Source: Macrostomum lignano (taxonomy: Eukaryota). Taken from it: a stretch of 60,352 nt of DNA. The stretch spans positions 1-60,352 of the forward strand of contig NIVC01004109.1 of the NCBI GenBank assembly GCA_002269645.1, in the 5' to 3' direction. The translations under genes were made by a program, and so were the position numbers. The notes beneath the pieces are model-generated. The model saw only the letters and a list, made by a program, of their open reading frames with translations. It did no database searches and was not told the origin of the DNA. The stretch's first letter is position 1. Every line of letters starts with the position of its first letter. Below, in pieces: positions 1 through 13,095 of this stretch.

Positions 1-94
1 TCTTTTCCATCCATTCTCAGCCTCTTCCCAATCTCACTCTCGGACTTTTTTCCATCCCATTGCCCAATGCCCATGTCATCAGAGGTCCGCTCAC

Positions 95-3000
95 CTCGTC
101 CTCATTCTCAGGCAGAGTGATTGTCTTCCAATGAGCACGTCATCACCGGAGACGCGAACTCCCGGCGCAATGAGGCCGTCATCGTCCAGCTTGTCGTAGA
201 TGGCCTGGCGCATGCCCTGCACCTCGGTGCGCTGCGGCTTCTCGATGATCTCCTCCTGGTCGAGGCCGCGCTTGGACTCTTGATCGCGGTAGGTTCGGTA
301 AAACTCCGATCTGCAGATTCGGGAGTGGTGGGGATAAAGCAATTGAGCCGATTTATCTCCTTATGGAAGCTGGCAGTTTTACTGATAAATTTGCGATGCT
401 AGATTTTGAGGGTAGTTTAAGGGCGACCGATGGGTTGGCTTGGGGGCGATTTTTTAGGTGATTTGGAAGCGATTCTTGATGTGGTTTGGAAGCGATTCTT
501 GATGTGGTTTGGGGGCGATTTCTGAGGTAGTTTGTGAGGGCAATTCTGGAGATGATTTGGGGGCATTTTGAGGTGATTTTAAGACGATTTTTAAAGTGAT
601 TTGGGGACGATTTTTCAAATGAATTGGGGGCGATTTTGAGATGATTTGGGGACGATTTTTGAAGTGATTTGGGGAAGATTGTTGAGGTGGTTTGGGGGAA
701 ATTCTTGAGATAGTTTTGGGGGGCGATTCTTGGGGTGGTTTGGGGGGGATTCTTGAGGTGTTGGGATGTTGAGTTAGGGGACACCTGAAGCTATGATTGA
801 TTTACGGGGATTCTCGGGTGATTTTTTATCTCAAAAAACACACACAAACGCACCTAAAGAAGCCGCGATGAATGGCGGACTCGTTGAGCACAACGGAGTC
901 CTCCTGATTATAGCCTGTGTAAGAAGCGATAGCTACTATACTGTTAATACCAGCTGGCAGCTCTCTGAATCGCAGATACTCCATAGCGCGAGTAGTTACT
1001 AACGGCTTCTGCGGATAGTACAGCACATTAGCCAGGGTGTCCATCCGCATATGATAGTTGGATATGTAGACACCCATGGCCTGCTTGCCCATAGCGGACT
1101 GGTAAGTATTCCTGGGACTCTGGTTGTGATCGGGGAACGGTATAATGGAGGCACAGACGCCGAGAATCATGCTGGGATGAATTTCGCAGTGAGTGTAAGT
1201 TGAACAGTACACTCCGGAATCGGAAATATCGTTCGGAGTCATCGCGATCATGACAGTCTCCTCTTCCAGCGTGTCGATGTATTCAACGACTCCGCTAGTG
1301 ACCAGATCCTGCCAGCCGTACCGTCTGGTACCGTCGCCGCCTTCGGCTTCGCGCAATTCGTCAATATGCCGCTTCTTCAATAGCAGCTTCTGATTCTCAA
1401 CGATTAGCAGGGGTCGGCAGATTCTGCCGGCGTCTGTGAAAATGCGAATCTCTTTCTCGCGAAAGTCGCGCACTATGGTGACCTCGGATACGATGATGTC
1501 CATCTCGCGGCGGAGTCGCTTCAGCGTAGTCATCAGCTGGTCCGGATTGCGGTGGATGCCCACCCAGCAGCCGTTGACAAAGATCTTCGTGGCGCTAAGG
1601 GAAGAATATGGTTGCATTTTGTTAACACTGCCTGCATCTGTTCAGAGTCCCGTTGCTCTACATCTTGCGTTCCACCGATCTCACTTGAGTCTCAATTCTT
1701 TTTGTCGAGTCCCGCTACTCTCACAAGTCCCGCTACTGTCAGGAGTCCCGCTACTCTCACAAGTCCCGCTACTGTCAGGAGTCCCGCTACTCTCACAAGT
1801 CCCGCTACTCTCAGGAGTCCCGCTACTCTCACAAGTCCCACTACTCTCACAAGTCCCACTACTCTCACAAGTCCCACTACTCTCAGGAGTCCCGCTACTC
1901 TCAGGAGTCCCGCTAATCTCCAAGAGTCCCGCTACTCTCACGAGTCCCGCTAATCTCCAAGAGTCCCGCTACTCTCACGAGTCCCGCTGCTCTCAGGAGT
2001 CCCGCTTCTCTCACGAGTCCCGCTACTCTCACGAGTCCCGCTACTCTCACGAGTCCCGCTACTCTCAGGAGTCCCGCTTCTCTCACGAGTCCCGCTACTC
2101 TCAGGAGTCCCGCTACTCTTAAGTCCCACTACTCTCACAAGTCCCACTACTCTCAGGAGTCCCGCTTCTCTCACGAGTCCCGCTGCTCTCAGGAGTCCCG
2201 CTTCTCTCACGAGTCCCGCTGCTCTCAGGAGTCCCGCTTCTCTCACAAGTCCCGCTGCTCTCAGGAGTCCCGCTTCTCTCACGAGTCCCGCTACTCTCAG
2301 GAGTCCCGCTTCTCTCACGAGTCCCGCTACTCTCAGGAGTCCCGCTTCTCTAGAGTCCCACTACTTTAGAGTCCCACTACTCTCGCGAGTCCCTCTACTC
2401 CAGCTAGTCCCGCTACTCTAGAGTCCCGCTACTCCAGCTGCGCTGCGCTCCTTTAGTCGCCCCGCCTCGATTCCTCAAGGTCTGCCCTACTCACTCGGCA
2501 ATCGAAGACGGGGCGATCTCCTCCAAATTCTCCATGCTCCACTCCTCCAGAAACTCGTGAATAGGGCTGGGCTGCGAGCCAACGCTAATATAAGCCATTA
2601 GCGCCAGATTTTTCACTAGGCCAACAGCTTGACCTTCAGGCGTCTCGGCCGGGCAGATCATGCCCCAGTGCGTGTTGTGCAGCTGACGCGGCCTAGCCAG
2701 CTTGCCGTCGCGCCCGATTGGCGAGTTCAATCGGCGCAGATGACTCAGCGTACTGGTGAAGGTCAGCCGGTTTAGCACCTGCGACACGCCGGCCCGAGCC
2801 TGATGGGCCTTCTTCTGATCGCCCCAATTGCCTGTGGCCAGAGAGTAGCGCAGCCCGTCAGTGATGATGGTGTTGATAACGGCCGCCTCAACGCCGAAAT
2901 CTCCATTCTTCTGCCGGTCGATTTGTCTCTGTGCGTACAGCCGGAACTCCTTGGCCAGATTGCGGAATAGGCCGCGGAATAGGAAGGCTAACAGCGGGCC

Positions 3001-6000
3001 GGCTAGATCCAGGCGCTTGTTACCATAGTGATCGCGATCGTCTACTTCGCGACGGCCAAGGGCGGCCAGCAGGAGGCGGTGGGTCATGTAGCTGAGGGGG
3101 GATTCGGAGCATCACATTAGTGAGATCTAATTAGAGTATGGACTCAGCTTTAGACATTTGACCCAGTAAGATTCTTGACTCATAGGGGGATGCTGACCCA
3201 GTAAGATTCCTGACTGACTCATAGGAGATGCTGACCCAGTAAGATTCCTGACTGACTCATAGGGGATGCTGACCCAGTAATATTCTTGACTGATAGGGGA
3301 TGCTGACCCAGTAAGATGCTTGACTCATAGGGGATGCTGACCCACTAATATTCCTGACGCAGGGGCCGCTGACTCGGAGAGAATAATAAAACAACCGTGT
3401 AAGAATCCGCGCTACTCCTCACCCCAAGAAGTAGGCCTTCCGAGTCTCGCAATAGTCGCTGATGCCAACATGCGGCAGCATCTCCTTCTGCAAGATGTCC
3501 TTAGCGTAGGCGATTCGTTTCTCCTTGGTCACGCCGGGCCTGGCGCCGCGGGAGCCGATGAAGTTCAGCGCCACATTCTGCTCCTGAATGACGAAGGCGT
3601 CGTCTAGAGACGGCTTAACCATCTCCATCATCTCGGGATCATCGAACTCGTAGATAATGTGCTCGAGTATGTCTCTGTCAGACACGAAGCCCAAGGCTCT
3701 GAACACAATAATAATTGGTATCTCCTGTTTGATGTAGGGCAATATGCCCACAATCTTGGATCCGACGCTTGTCTTCTTGCCGGCCGTGCCGCCGCCCTTA
3801 GCAACCATGTTCACCCACAAAGTAGACGTAGGCCTAGACGAGTGCTCCAAGTAGGAGCGAATCTCAGTCTTGAACGAATATTTCGAATCCTTCTGTTGGA
3901 AAACGTAAACAGTGTTAGTGGCCATTTTCTCTTGGGCGATGAGCACCTTCTCGGAGCCGTTGATGATGAAGTAGCCGCCGGGGTCGAGCGGGCACTCGTT
4001 CAGCTGGGCCAAATCGATATCGCTCATGCCGCTTAACAAACAGTAAGTAGATCTAAGCATAATTGGCATCTTGCCAATGAATATCTTGCTGTGCTTCTGT
4101 TCCAGCGGCTCCTCATCAGAGTGGATTGTCTTCTTATTGATGTCCACGTATAGCGGGGCGCAGTAGGTCAGGTTACGCAGTCTGGCATAGTTTGGCATCA
4201 GCGGTGCGCTGGATCCGTCCTTCTCCCAGTGGGCCGGCTTGGTCAGGTAGATTTGCTCGAATTTTACCTGGCAACGGTTTGTTGTAACAGTAGGAATAAG
4301 CCGCTTAACACGGGGGATTGTTTCATATCTCCTACACTTCATATCTCCGACACCTCATATCTCCGACGCATCATAACTCCGACACACCAAATCTCCGACA
4401 CATCATATCTCCGACACATCATATCTCCGACACTTCATATATCCGACACATCATATCTCCGACACATCATATCTCCGACACATCATATCTCCGACAAATC
4501 GTATCACCGACACTTCCTGTCTCCCACTTTTTACTACGACACCTAATATTTCCGACACTTCCCATCTGACACATTCATATCTCCGATAGGATTAGGGTTA
4601 AGCCTGTTGGAGATATAAAAGCGCATTGTTATGCAGGCACTGTGGAGATGGTTTGTGGTTATAATTTCTACCCACTGTATTCCTACCGCGACTCAAAGCT
4701 GCTACCCTATCACGGCAGGACGAACTGGGACTGGATCAAATCAGTCAAGCTAATTACCCAATTAAGACACAGGCACCTGTGGCCTGGTGCTCTAGCCACT
4801 CCTGCCTATTACTCTAAGCAACAGAGGGCCAAAACAAACCTGATACTTATCGGGCGTCTCGCGAATGCCCATAGCGTGAGTGGCCTCAGCCTGCAGCTCA
4901 ATGACCGGTGTGTCTTCAACAATCCTCTGGACCGACATCTGTATGAACTCGTCAAACGAGTCCAACTGCTGTCGGACAAGGCCCTTCTCATCAAAATAGG
5001 AGGAGATGACGATCCAGCATGCTTCTTGCCAAAAATCATGCGTGATCTCGTCGTCATAGTCATATTCGGCGTAGGGATCCGTGTCTGCGAGAGGGTGAAG
5101 GCGGGGCAAGGCGGCGCGGGGTATAGCTACACTCGATGGGTGGCTGACTCATAACTGCTTCTTATAAAATGACACTTGCTTTTTTCAGGGAATTTAATGG
5201 CAATAATCAAAATGCTGCTTCAAATATTATGCACTGATATGCATCTATCAATCAGAAAATATATTGAGAGCTAGCTCACTAGGTGACAGACACCTCTGCT
5301 TTCTTCTTAACTCCTGAGTTGACTAAGCTAGCTACGAGTATATGCATAGCTTAGAATTATTTTTGTGTCTTATGCTGTTTTTAATGAAAGGAAGGAAGAG
5401 AATTCTTTAATTCTTTAGCAGCCACTGACATCAATGGCGACTCTAAAAACTATGATAAAAAATCTGAATCCTAAGTATAAACAACAATGGCAAAAAATGA
5501 TGACAAACAATGATTGTGGGTCAGTTGTAAACCTAGCAAAAAAAGTTATAATTTTAATCTGTCAACTGTAAAAACATCCCCCAAGAAGCATGATGAGACA
5601 GCTTGACTGTTACTATATACAAATATTTGTTAGCGCAGCCTGGAATTTCCATGCTCAAATGCATATGAAATACTTTTGTTGCAAATTACTCACTGTCAAA
5701 ACCTAGTGCAGATGATATTGAGCTGTATTAGCCATTAATTCTTATGCCTATCATTGAGCAAGAAGCATGACTAGTGATCAAGGCCTATAATGCTAACAAG
5801 AAAGATGATTATTATTTCTAGTATCTCCCAAAGGTCTATTGATTTTAAACAACACCAACTGTACACACTAATTATTTTGCAAGCCAACAATATAGATGTT
5901 GGTGTCAAGAACAAGCTCACTAGGGCAGTTGGCATCCTCTTTAGCTGCCAAAAAGATGATCAAAGCAGAGCAAACCTGGTATGGCATGTCAGTCAATTGT

Positions 6001-9000
6001 GCAAGTCTTCAATTTAACCTAACAACAGCTGTTTTTTATTGCTGACTACCTTGCTAGTAGATAGTTTTTGTCAGTTGACTATTCATTTAATACACAATGT
6101 TAATAACAATTTTTAGAATATTATTTTAGGCCACATTCAAACTTCTGCCCTATTTTCAACATTTGACACTAAAGGAGCAATAAAAAGTGAGAACATTTCT
6201 TTAGATTAGGGAAAAAAAGCTATTATAAGGCCATTTTCTCAAATCCACAAGAAAGAAAGCTAATTACAATCTTGCAATAGCCATCAAGGCTATAAACATT
6301 GACATTATTAATGCTTTTCAATGCTTTTCAAAGTGCTGGTCCAAATGCTTTTTAAGTGATAACCATTGAAGGCTTTGGAAGATCTAAAGTTCTTGGACCA
6401 CTGTACCTAAGACAAACTAATGCAAAATATATGCATCATTTCCTAAGATTCTAGTAGTTAATGCAATGTACAAAGTAACAAATGCTAAAATGCCCATTGT
6501 AAATTTCTAGATATTGACTTGTAGATATGCTCTTTTCATGTGCTTTAAACTTTAGGCAAAGAATGAGAAGCTCTTAAAGTGTTTTAAAGCATAGTCTATG
6601 CAGACTAATGAACTGTTCTGTGTTTTATTGTTTAAAATCATTGCCATAGATTTTTGAGATTGTATAACACTACTCCTGACCTTAGCACATGTTTTTTGCT
6701 GCAGCTCCTGAATAAAAAAATATATCATCATAATTTTAACTTTGTTTTCTTTGTGACAAAATTTCCTTTCATTTGACACCATGGGCATGAAATTTTATGG
6801 CTCTGCTGAAGAGCTATGTTAGACATTCTGGGAACTTTTGGGACACCCCTCCTATGATCAATTTCTTTCTTTAAGGTAGCACCATTTTACATTAGACACA
6901 TTATGTTAGACATTCCGGGAACTTTTGGGACACCCCTTGTATGATCAATTACTTTCTTTAAGGCATAGTAACAATTGAATCTTATTGATAAATGAGATGC
7001 TTATAATTTATTCTTTGTAACTTCTGATTTATATTGCTGACTTTATTTATCTAGATGATATTAGTTCCAAATAAAAAATATGCATATATGCATGCAATAA
7101 TAATAGTATTAAGTAAAAACAAGATTCAATGGCTTTTCTTTGTAGCTACTTAATATACAACATTTACAAGACTGACAATTTTGTCATATTGTTAATGCTT
7201 TAACAGGTATTCCTACTTTTATAATCAAACTTTTTAAGGTTACATAAACTTAGTCTAAGAACCAACATGTTTAAAGTAATATAATTAGACTAAATATTGC
7301 TACATACTATTTAAGAATTAATTGTATATCTTTTAATGATTCTAAACTAGGCTTATAATGAAGAAACAACCTTTGAAAGACTTGGAGCATGTGGAGTCAC
7401 CTAGCAATATGTGTAGTGGCAATATAATAAAAAAGGCAGAAGTGCCAAGACATATCTAATAGTGATACTTTTCTAAATGAATTTGAAAACAAAAGCAAAG
7501 AAGCACAAGAAGTGCAAAGACAAGTCTTTGTTTGATAGTGACACTTATGCAAATGAATTTAAAGATGCAATGTTGGCAAAAAAGCAAAGAAGCACAAGAA
7601 GTGCAAAGACCTTTGGTTGATAATGACATACTGCATACTGCAAACAAATTTGAAGATGATATATTAGCCAAGAAAGTCTTCAGCAAAGTGCAAAACTTTG
7701 TCTTATAGAACTTTTATCTAATTTGCATAGTTTTGCCTAGCAAGAATCCTTGACATAAATCCTCTCTATATATGCCTAAGCCCTTTGATCTTGTCCCTGT
7801 GGTGTCCCATATTGGCTATGACCAAGATTGACAACTAAAAGACCCCAGATAGTTTAGTCAGATCCAAAGTGCCTTATTTAGTTGAAAGCCCAATTTTGAG
7901 AGATCTGATTTGATGAACCAGTTTGCACAGGTTTGTAATAATGCAGGTTATACATGTAGTGAATCCTTGGAGTAGCTAATCTTTGTCTATTTAAAATTCC
8001 ATGCTTATTGTTTGCTATCCTTCTCTTATAGATATAGGACCTAGACTACTTGCCTATTGATCTAGCTACATAGCTTGGGCAATGGGGCTGACTATCTGGT
8101 AGGAATGGGATTCATTTCTAAGGCCTAAAGTCCTGAAGCTTTCATACTAAAAAGGCCAAAACCCATCATTTTTATGAAACCAGATTTCTATTTTAATGGG
8201 AAAATTATAACCATTTTTGTGTGTGTATGCTAGTCTTGGAGGTATATTTACAATGTATGACTTATAGCCTTGACTTATATGTACTTAAACTTACTTGTAG
8301 TTTCAAGGGGCTTTGTCCAGATACAATGGAAGCATTGCTATTCATTCCACTAAACTCTGGTGACCTGCAACAGGTAGCTATTGCTACAGGCAATGTTGCA
8401 TAGGAGGTCCAAAAAGGAGTTCATGCTGTTGAAAGAAATAGTAGATAGCTGCTCTTACAGCTACAACTATGGAAATATGGTAATTGCAGTCATTGCAGCC
8501 ATAGATATAAATTTAAAAAATAAATAATATTAGAAAGGAAAAATATAACAAAGATACTTATTATAATTTGCATCATAGATTCAAAACCAAAAAATTATAC
8601 CTAATATAGTACAATAAAAGACTAGCAAATTCTTACTTTTATCAATGTTAAAAAGTTCAATGGTACTTTCAGTAGTAGATAGATTGATTGAAATATAATC
8701 TTACAAAAAGCAATCGTGTTAGTTTGAATTTCTACCTTTATTTAAAATTGTTTAAGACAAGTATCAAGTTATCCTTTTGATTCAAACTACTTTTATTTTC
8801 TAGACTAGTAAAACTAGTAATGGACCAAATTTAGATTTTTGCAAGCTTCCAAAACCAAATCCAAATATACAAAAAAACGGATTAAATCTGAATATCTGAA
8901 TGTTTCCAAATGCAAGCAAAAAGTGAAAGGTAAACAGCAGGAGTAACTATAATACTTTTAACTATAACAAAAATACCTCAGCATCTAATTAATGATCTAA

Positions 9001-11744
9001 ATAAGCAACTAATCTATTCTTTAAGTAAAATTCAAGTGAGATTGCAAGAACTAAAACTTAGTAGAAGTAAATAAATTTGAATTAAATATAATTCCTATAC
9101 AACTAATCTAACTAGGCCTAATTCTAATCACTAATACTAACTAACATTATATTCATGTTCTCGAAAACAACCATAGTCTGTAAGTCTATGCATTTGCATT
9201 TTGAAAAAACCAACTAATGATTACACTTAAACAATGATTGCCAAAATGTTTTGCAACTTTAGGTTCAATGTCTTAAAGGTTTTAAAGTTTAGTAACTTTA
9301 TTTAATAACTTTGTTTTATGAATAATTTGTTGCTGCAAAAAAAATATGATATAAAATATTGCATTTTTGTTTTTAATATACTTTTTATGGCATAATCCTA
9401 GCTTCCTGCATTAAATTATTTTGAGTTAAAAAAATAATCCATAGTTAGTCCATAGCAATCAATAGTCTGCTGAGCCTACTAGATAGCATAATAATGAGCA
9501 ACCCAAAATGCAGAACTAGTTGGAAACTAGGAACTTTCCATATGAATACCATTAAAAAAGACTTGGCGCATGTCAAGGCAAAGTTCCATAACATGTATGG
9601 CACCAACTATGGCCTATTTGATTTGCACTAAATGAGTATCTCTAGCGCCACCTTGGTATCCAGTCAATCCAGCAACAAGATGATCCGGTGACAGACAATC
9701 TAGCGACAGTCAATCCAGCAATAGACGATCCAGCAACAGATATTAAATCAACGTATAACAGCATATATATGGATTAGTTGAGCTATTATTTTTAGCTCTT
9801 TATTATTACCTATTAATACTTAAATAATTAAATAACAATTACATAAACTATAATTATTGCAGTTATATTTTTACAACTATATGTAGCTGTTGATTTTCAA
9901 TATGTTCTTTTCAAAGACAATCAATCAATTTAATCTGCTTGGAAAGCAAGTTTCTATGACTATAATCAATATTGTTGTATATATTGTATTTGTGACAATA
10001 TTTGAGAGTCAAAGAACCAAAAAATTGCTATTCGCACAGCAACTTGTACGTATTATTTTTAAAATGTACACGTAACCTACATTTAATGTAACAAATAATG
10101 CATGGATAATAGTAGTATATATAATAATAGTATAATAATAATAGTATTAATAAAAAATAATAAAAAGCTACAAATAATAGCTTAACTAATCTATATATAT
10201 CATGATATATGTTGATTTAATATCTGTCACCAGATCGTTTGTCACTGGATTGACTGTTGCCAGATTGTCTTGTCGCTGGACTATCTGGAAGCCGCCACCT
10301 TTACCTAGAGAAGTCCTTTAGCAACTTCTTATTCTGGGTTAGTGAGCTCAGTGGACTATTGACTATTATGGACTAACCTGTTTTAACTTATTGAGTTGAT
10401 TTTTTAACTAAAAATAATTTAATGCAGGGAAACTAAGATTATACCTTTTTATATAATATCATTATTATATAATATAACATCATTGATATCAATGATGGAT
10501 TTTATATTTATCTAACTAATCTTTCTTAGCCATTTTTATAGTATAGGCTGTAGTATAGTAAGCTTTAGAAAAATTAGGCAAAAAATATTTTTTCAATCTT
10601 TTTATGCTATACATACATTAGCAAAACTTAATAAAACTTGCTAGGCCTAATATTAGATTGAGTCTAATTTCTAGAGCTGTCACGAGATCTCGACGAGACA
10701 AGATTTAATACAAGATCTTGACATTTTTTCTCGTCTCGAGAAATCTCGAATTTTGTCAAGAAATTCGAGACGAGATTCAAGAATTTTTTTATACCTTTTT
10801 TCAAAAGCTATGAAGTGATAATATAAAAGGGGAACAAATTTTCATATAAATACAACTGTTTGTTGTAACACGCTTGATAGGGCAATTTTCAAATGGTAAA
10901 ATCTAGCCAATGTCGAGCAGTTATTTAACGAATGTCGTTATATACAAATTTGCATTGCATATGCGCTTTTTTAGTTATCATTTCAGTTCTGTAGCAAGGT
11001 GTATCATAGCAAACTTGAAGACAATCTACACAGGTCTTTTGACGAATTAGTAATAGACATAGTAGGGCCAAGGGCCTATATGCTACAAGCATAAATTCTT
11101 ATGAATAAATAGCAAAGAATTTAAACTAGAATTAAGAAAGTATTCTAGAAAATCTAAAAAATATATTTTAGAATTGTATCTTATCAAGAAATTTAAGACA
11201 AGATAAGGCAAGATAAGAGCAAGACAAGATGCAATTCTAAAATATATTTTTTAGATTTACTTTGTCTTGTCTCGTCTCAAAATTCTTGACTTAAAAGCCT
11301 TTCTCATCTCAAATCTCGTCTCGAATAAAATCTCTAATTTTGACAGCTCTACTAATTTCATTACATAAATAACAAAAATTATCTTCTAAATAACACCAAA
11401 ACCAATACATTTGTAATAAAAATCATTTAGTTATATGCATTTGAACACAAAATTTTAATTTTTGCAAAAAAGTTCTGCTTTAGTTAGGCCCCCTACTAAG
11501 TACTATGTATTTTTTCCATTGAAATTTATACAAAACTTGTCACTAAAATTCTTATAACTTTTTCACTATTCAATCAATTTTAATGAGGCCAATTTGGAAT
11601 ACTGTTGATGACCTCTATCAATTTTGGCAATGATGATAGTATCAAAATAAATAACTTTTAAAATCTCACTGGACAGCCTATTGTATAGGCATACATAGCC
11701 TTTATGCAACTTTAATACAACTAAGAATTTCTACACTTACCCAT
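95..11744 (-). CDS. POLR2B: DNA-directed RNA polymerase II subunit RPB2, 5' portion (continues off the left edge). Coding exons 11741-11744, 4840-5084, 3423-4267, 2495-3091, 854-1594, 95-310
   Basis: Spliced translation [45 protein letters not shown]...[17 protein letters not shown]...[17 protein letters not shown]...YTGYNQEDS...[16 protein letters not shown] matches conserved RPB2 blocks. All junctions are GT-AG with consistent phases (1,0,2,2,2). The 4-nt first exon (ATG G|GTAAGT) is inferred. The last exon in the window has a 1-nt frameshift near 126. Confidence 0.97.
440..780. repeat. Degenerate G/T-rich intronic repeat (gatttgggg/gcgatt motifs)
   Basis: Recurrent ttgggg..gatt motifs and a 23-bp direct repeat near 460-500. 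Confidence 0.6.
1707..2436. repeat. 18-bp minisatellite (gagtcccgctactctcac)n, about 40 copies
   Basis: Direct reading; lies in RPB2 intron 1595-2494. Confidence 0.95.
3160..3350. repeat. 35-39-bp tandem repeat (tgacccagtaagattcctgact...ggggatgc), about 5 copies
   Basis: Direct reading; RPB2 intron. Confidence 0.9.
4323..4590. repeat. 16-bp minisatellite (catatctccgacacat)n
   Basis: Direct reading; RPB2 intron. Confidence 0.88.
9390..10445. repeat. Imperfect long inverted repeat (arms about 9390-9755 and 10210-10445)
   Basis: cctgcattaaattattttt, gttagtccata and cagatattaaatcaac in the left arm recur as reverse complements in the right arm. Confidence 0.75.
10672..11351. mobile_element. 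Non-autonomous hAT-type DNA transposon (MITE), 680 bp
   Basis: 11-bp terminal inverted repeats TAGAGCTGTCA...TGACAGCTCTA; perfect 8-bp target duplication ctaatttc (10664-10671, 11352-11359); subterminal CGAGA/TCTCG repeats at both ends. An 8-bp TSD with short TIRs is typical of hAT. Confidence 0.88.
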
Positions 11745-12153
11745 TGCCACGAAATCCAAGTGAGAGCTTAATTTAGTAAAGTACACAAAGTAAAATGCAA
11801 GTTAACACGCGATTCTCTAATATCAGATATTAATAATCGAAACGCACACGGTAATTGGAGGGTACCGCGCGGTTACACTCACTTCTCACAATTACTTACT
11901 AAATTGCGAAATTCGGAGATAGCAAGATTTAAACAAGCAACTCTAACATTTATTATTCGTACATTTGGATACTGAAAGTTAAGAACGATATAAAAAAATA
12001 CACAAACAAGGTAAATCCATTTTGCCGTAAATTTCTTCAATTAATTTATATATTTTGTTGTTATACCGCGTATTAACGCACAACTATTTTTCTTTAAGTG
12101 GGATTACAAGAAAGATAATAAAAACACTCGGTGGACCGCGATATAACACATAC

Positions 12154-12414
12154 CTTCCAGGCCGCCATCGGCGTTGACGTGGCCCCCAACTGCCGCTTGT
12201 GTTGCGATGGAGAGGAGACGGCGCGGCCCATCTGCTGATCTCCTGCCCCGCCCTGACTCCAACCGCTGCCGCCTCTGGGGGGCCAAGCCCGGAGCCCGCG
12301 GCAGTTTTCGAGAACTGCGTCGCGGTGTTAAACTTCCTCGGGAAGGCGGGCGCCGTCTGACGCCCGGTGCCATGGACCCTGGGCCGAGCGCGCCCGAAGA
12401 AGAAGAAGAAGAAG
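12154..12414 (+). mobile_element. 261-bp 3' stub of a non-LTR retrotransposon with (GAA)6 tail
   Basis: Encodes a CCHC finger (NCRLCCDGEETA..HLLISCPAL, with a frameshift) and AVFENCVAVLNFLGKAGAV*; perfect 10-bp duplication taacacatac at 12144-12153 and 12415-12424. Confidence 0.85.
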
Positions 12415-12669
12415 TAACACATACTGAATCACAAATTATAGGGTGTACCTATGTATACATGTACTGTATACAGAATCCAATCTTCAGGCACTCAGCCTGG
12501 GGATTTAAATGGAAATGACACGAAATGGCCGTGAATAATGTGGAGCGATAGTCGGATGCGTTTATCACTGCGCTATTCTGTCCCTGATTTTCTAGGTTTC
12601 TTTGCATGGAAGAGAAAACCTGTTCTTACATGTACATTTATTCATATCACAACGTTACTGTGGTACACG

Positions 12670-13072
12670 CATGCCCGCTGGAATTCACCTTACAGAGCGT
12701 CTCGGGTTGCTTGGGGACGGACCAAGGGTGACTTGTTGGACAAAGAATAATCGAATAAAGTGCCGCATTCCATGCATGGTAACTCGCTCGTCGCTGATCT
12801 CGACGACGGCCTGCTGCACAACAGACGACCATGCAGCCTGCATGTGCCGATCCTACGTATACTAACTATTCAAGCGAGTCTGTCAGTATCCAAGTCTTAG
12901 ACGTTGTACAGCTAACGAAAGCAGCCCAAACATGCAGATCCTTGCGGACAGAACTAGACAGCAGAGGCAGAAAAACTGATAATATCACGGAAACTCCGCG
13001 TTACCTGTTCGTCAGAGTCTCGGCAAAAAATTCAGCCCCATGCAATGTCGACCACCAGGCCGACATTCGCCA
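12670..13072 (-). mobile_element. Degenerate internal fragment of the same RTE-like family as 47100-48561
   Basis: gtcgaccaccaggccgacattcgccac (13047-13073) matches gttgaccaccaggccgacactcgccgc (near 47742); further matches on the minus strand such as gctgtacaacg, agatc(a/g)gc..cgagcgagt and cttggtccgtcc. Confidence 0.75.
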
Positions 13073-13095
13073 CAACAACAACAACAACAACAACA

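Noticed and set aside
6815-7610. Short direct duplications (about 60 bp at 6815/6902; about 30 bp at 7492/7580)
   Set aside because: Two copies each, no ends or coding signal; ordinary local duplications.
12154-12373. 73-aa N-terminal extension as the true RPB2 first exon
   Set aside because: It is the antisense strand of a TSD-flanked LINE stub; ATG G|GTAAGT at 11744 fits better.
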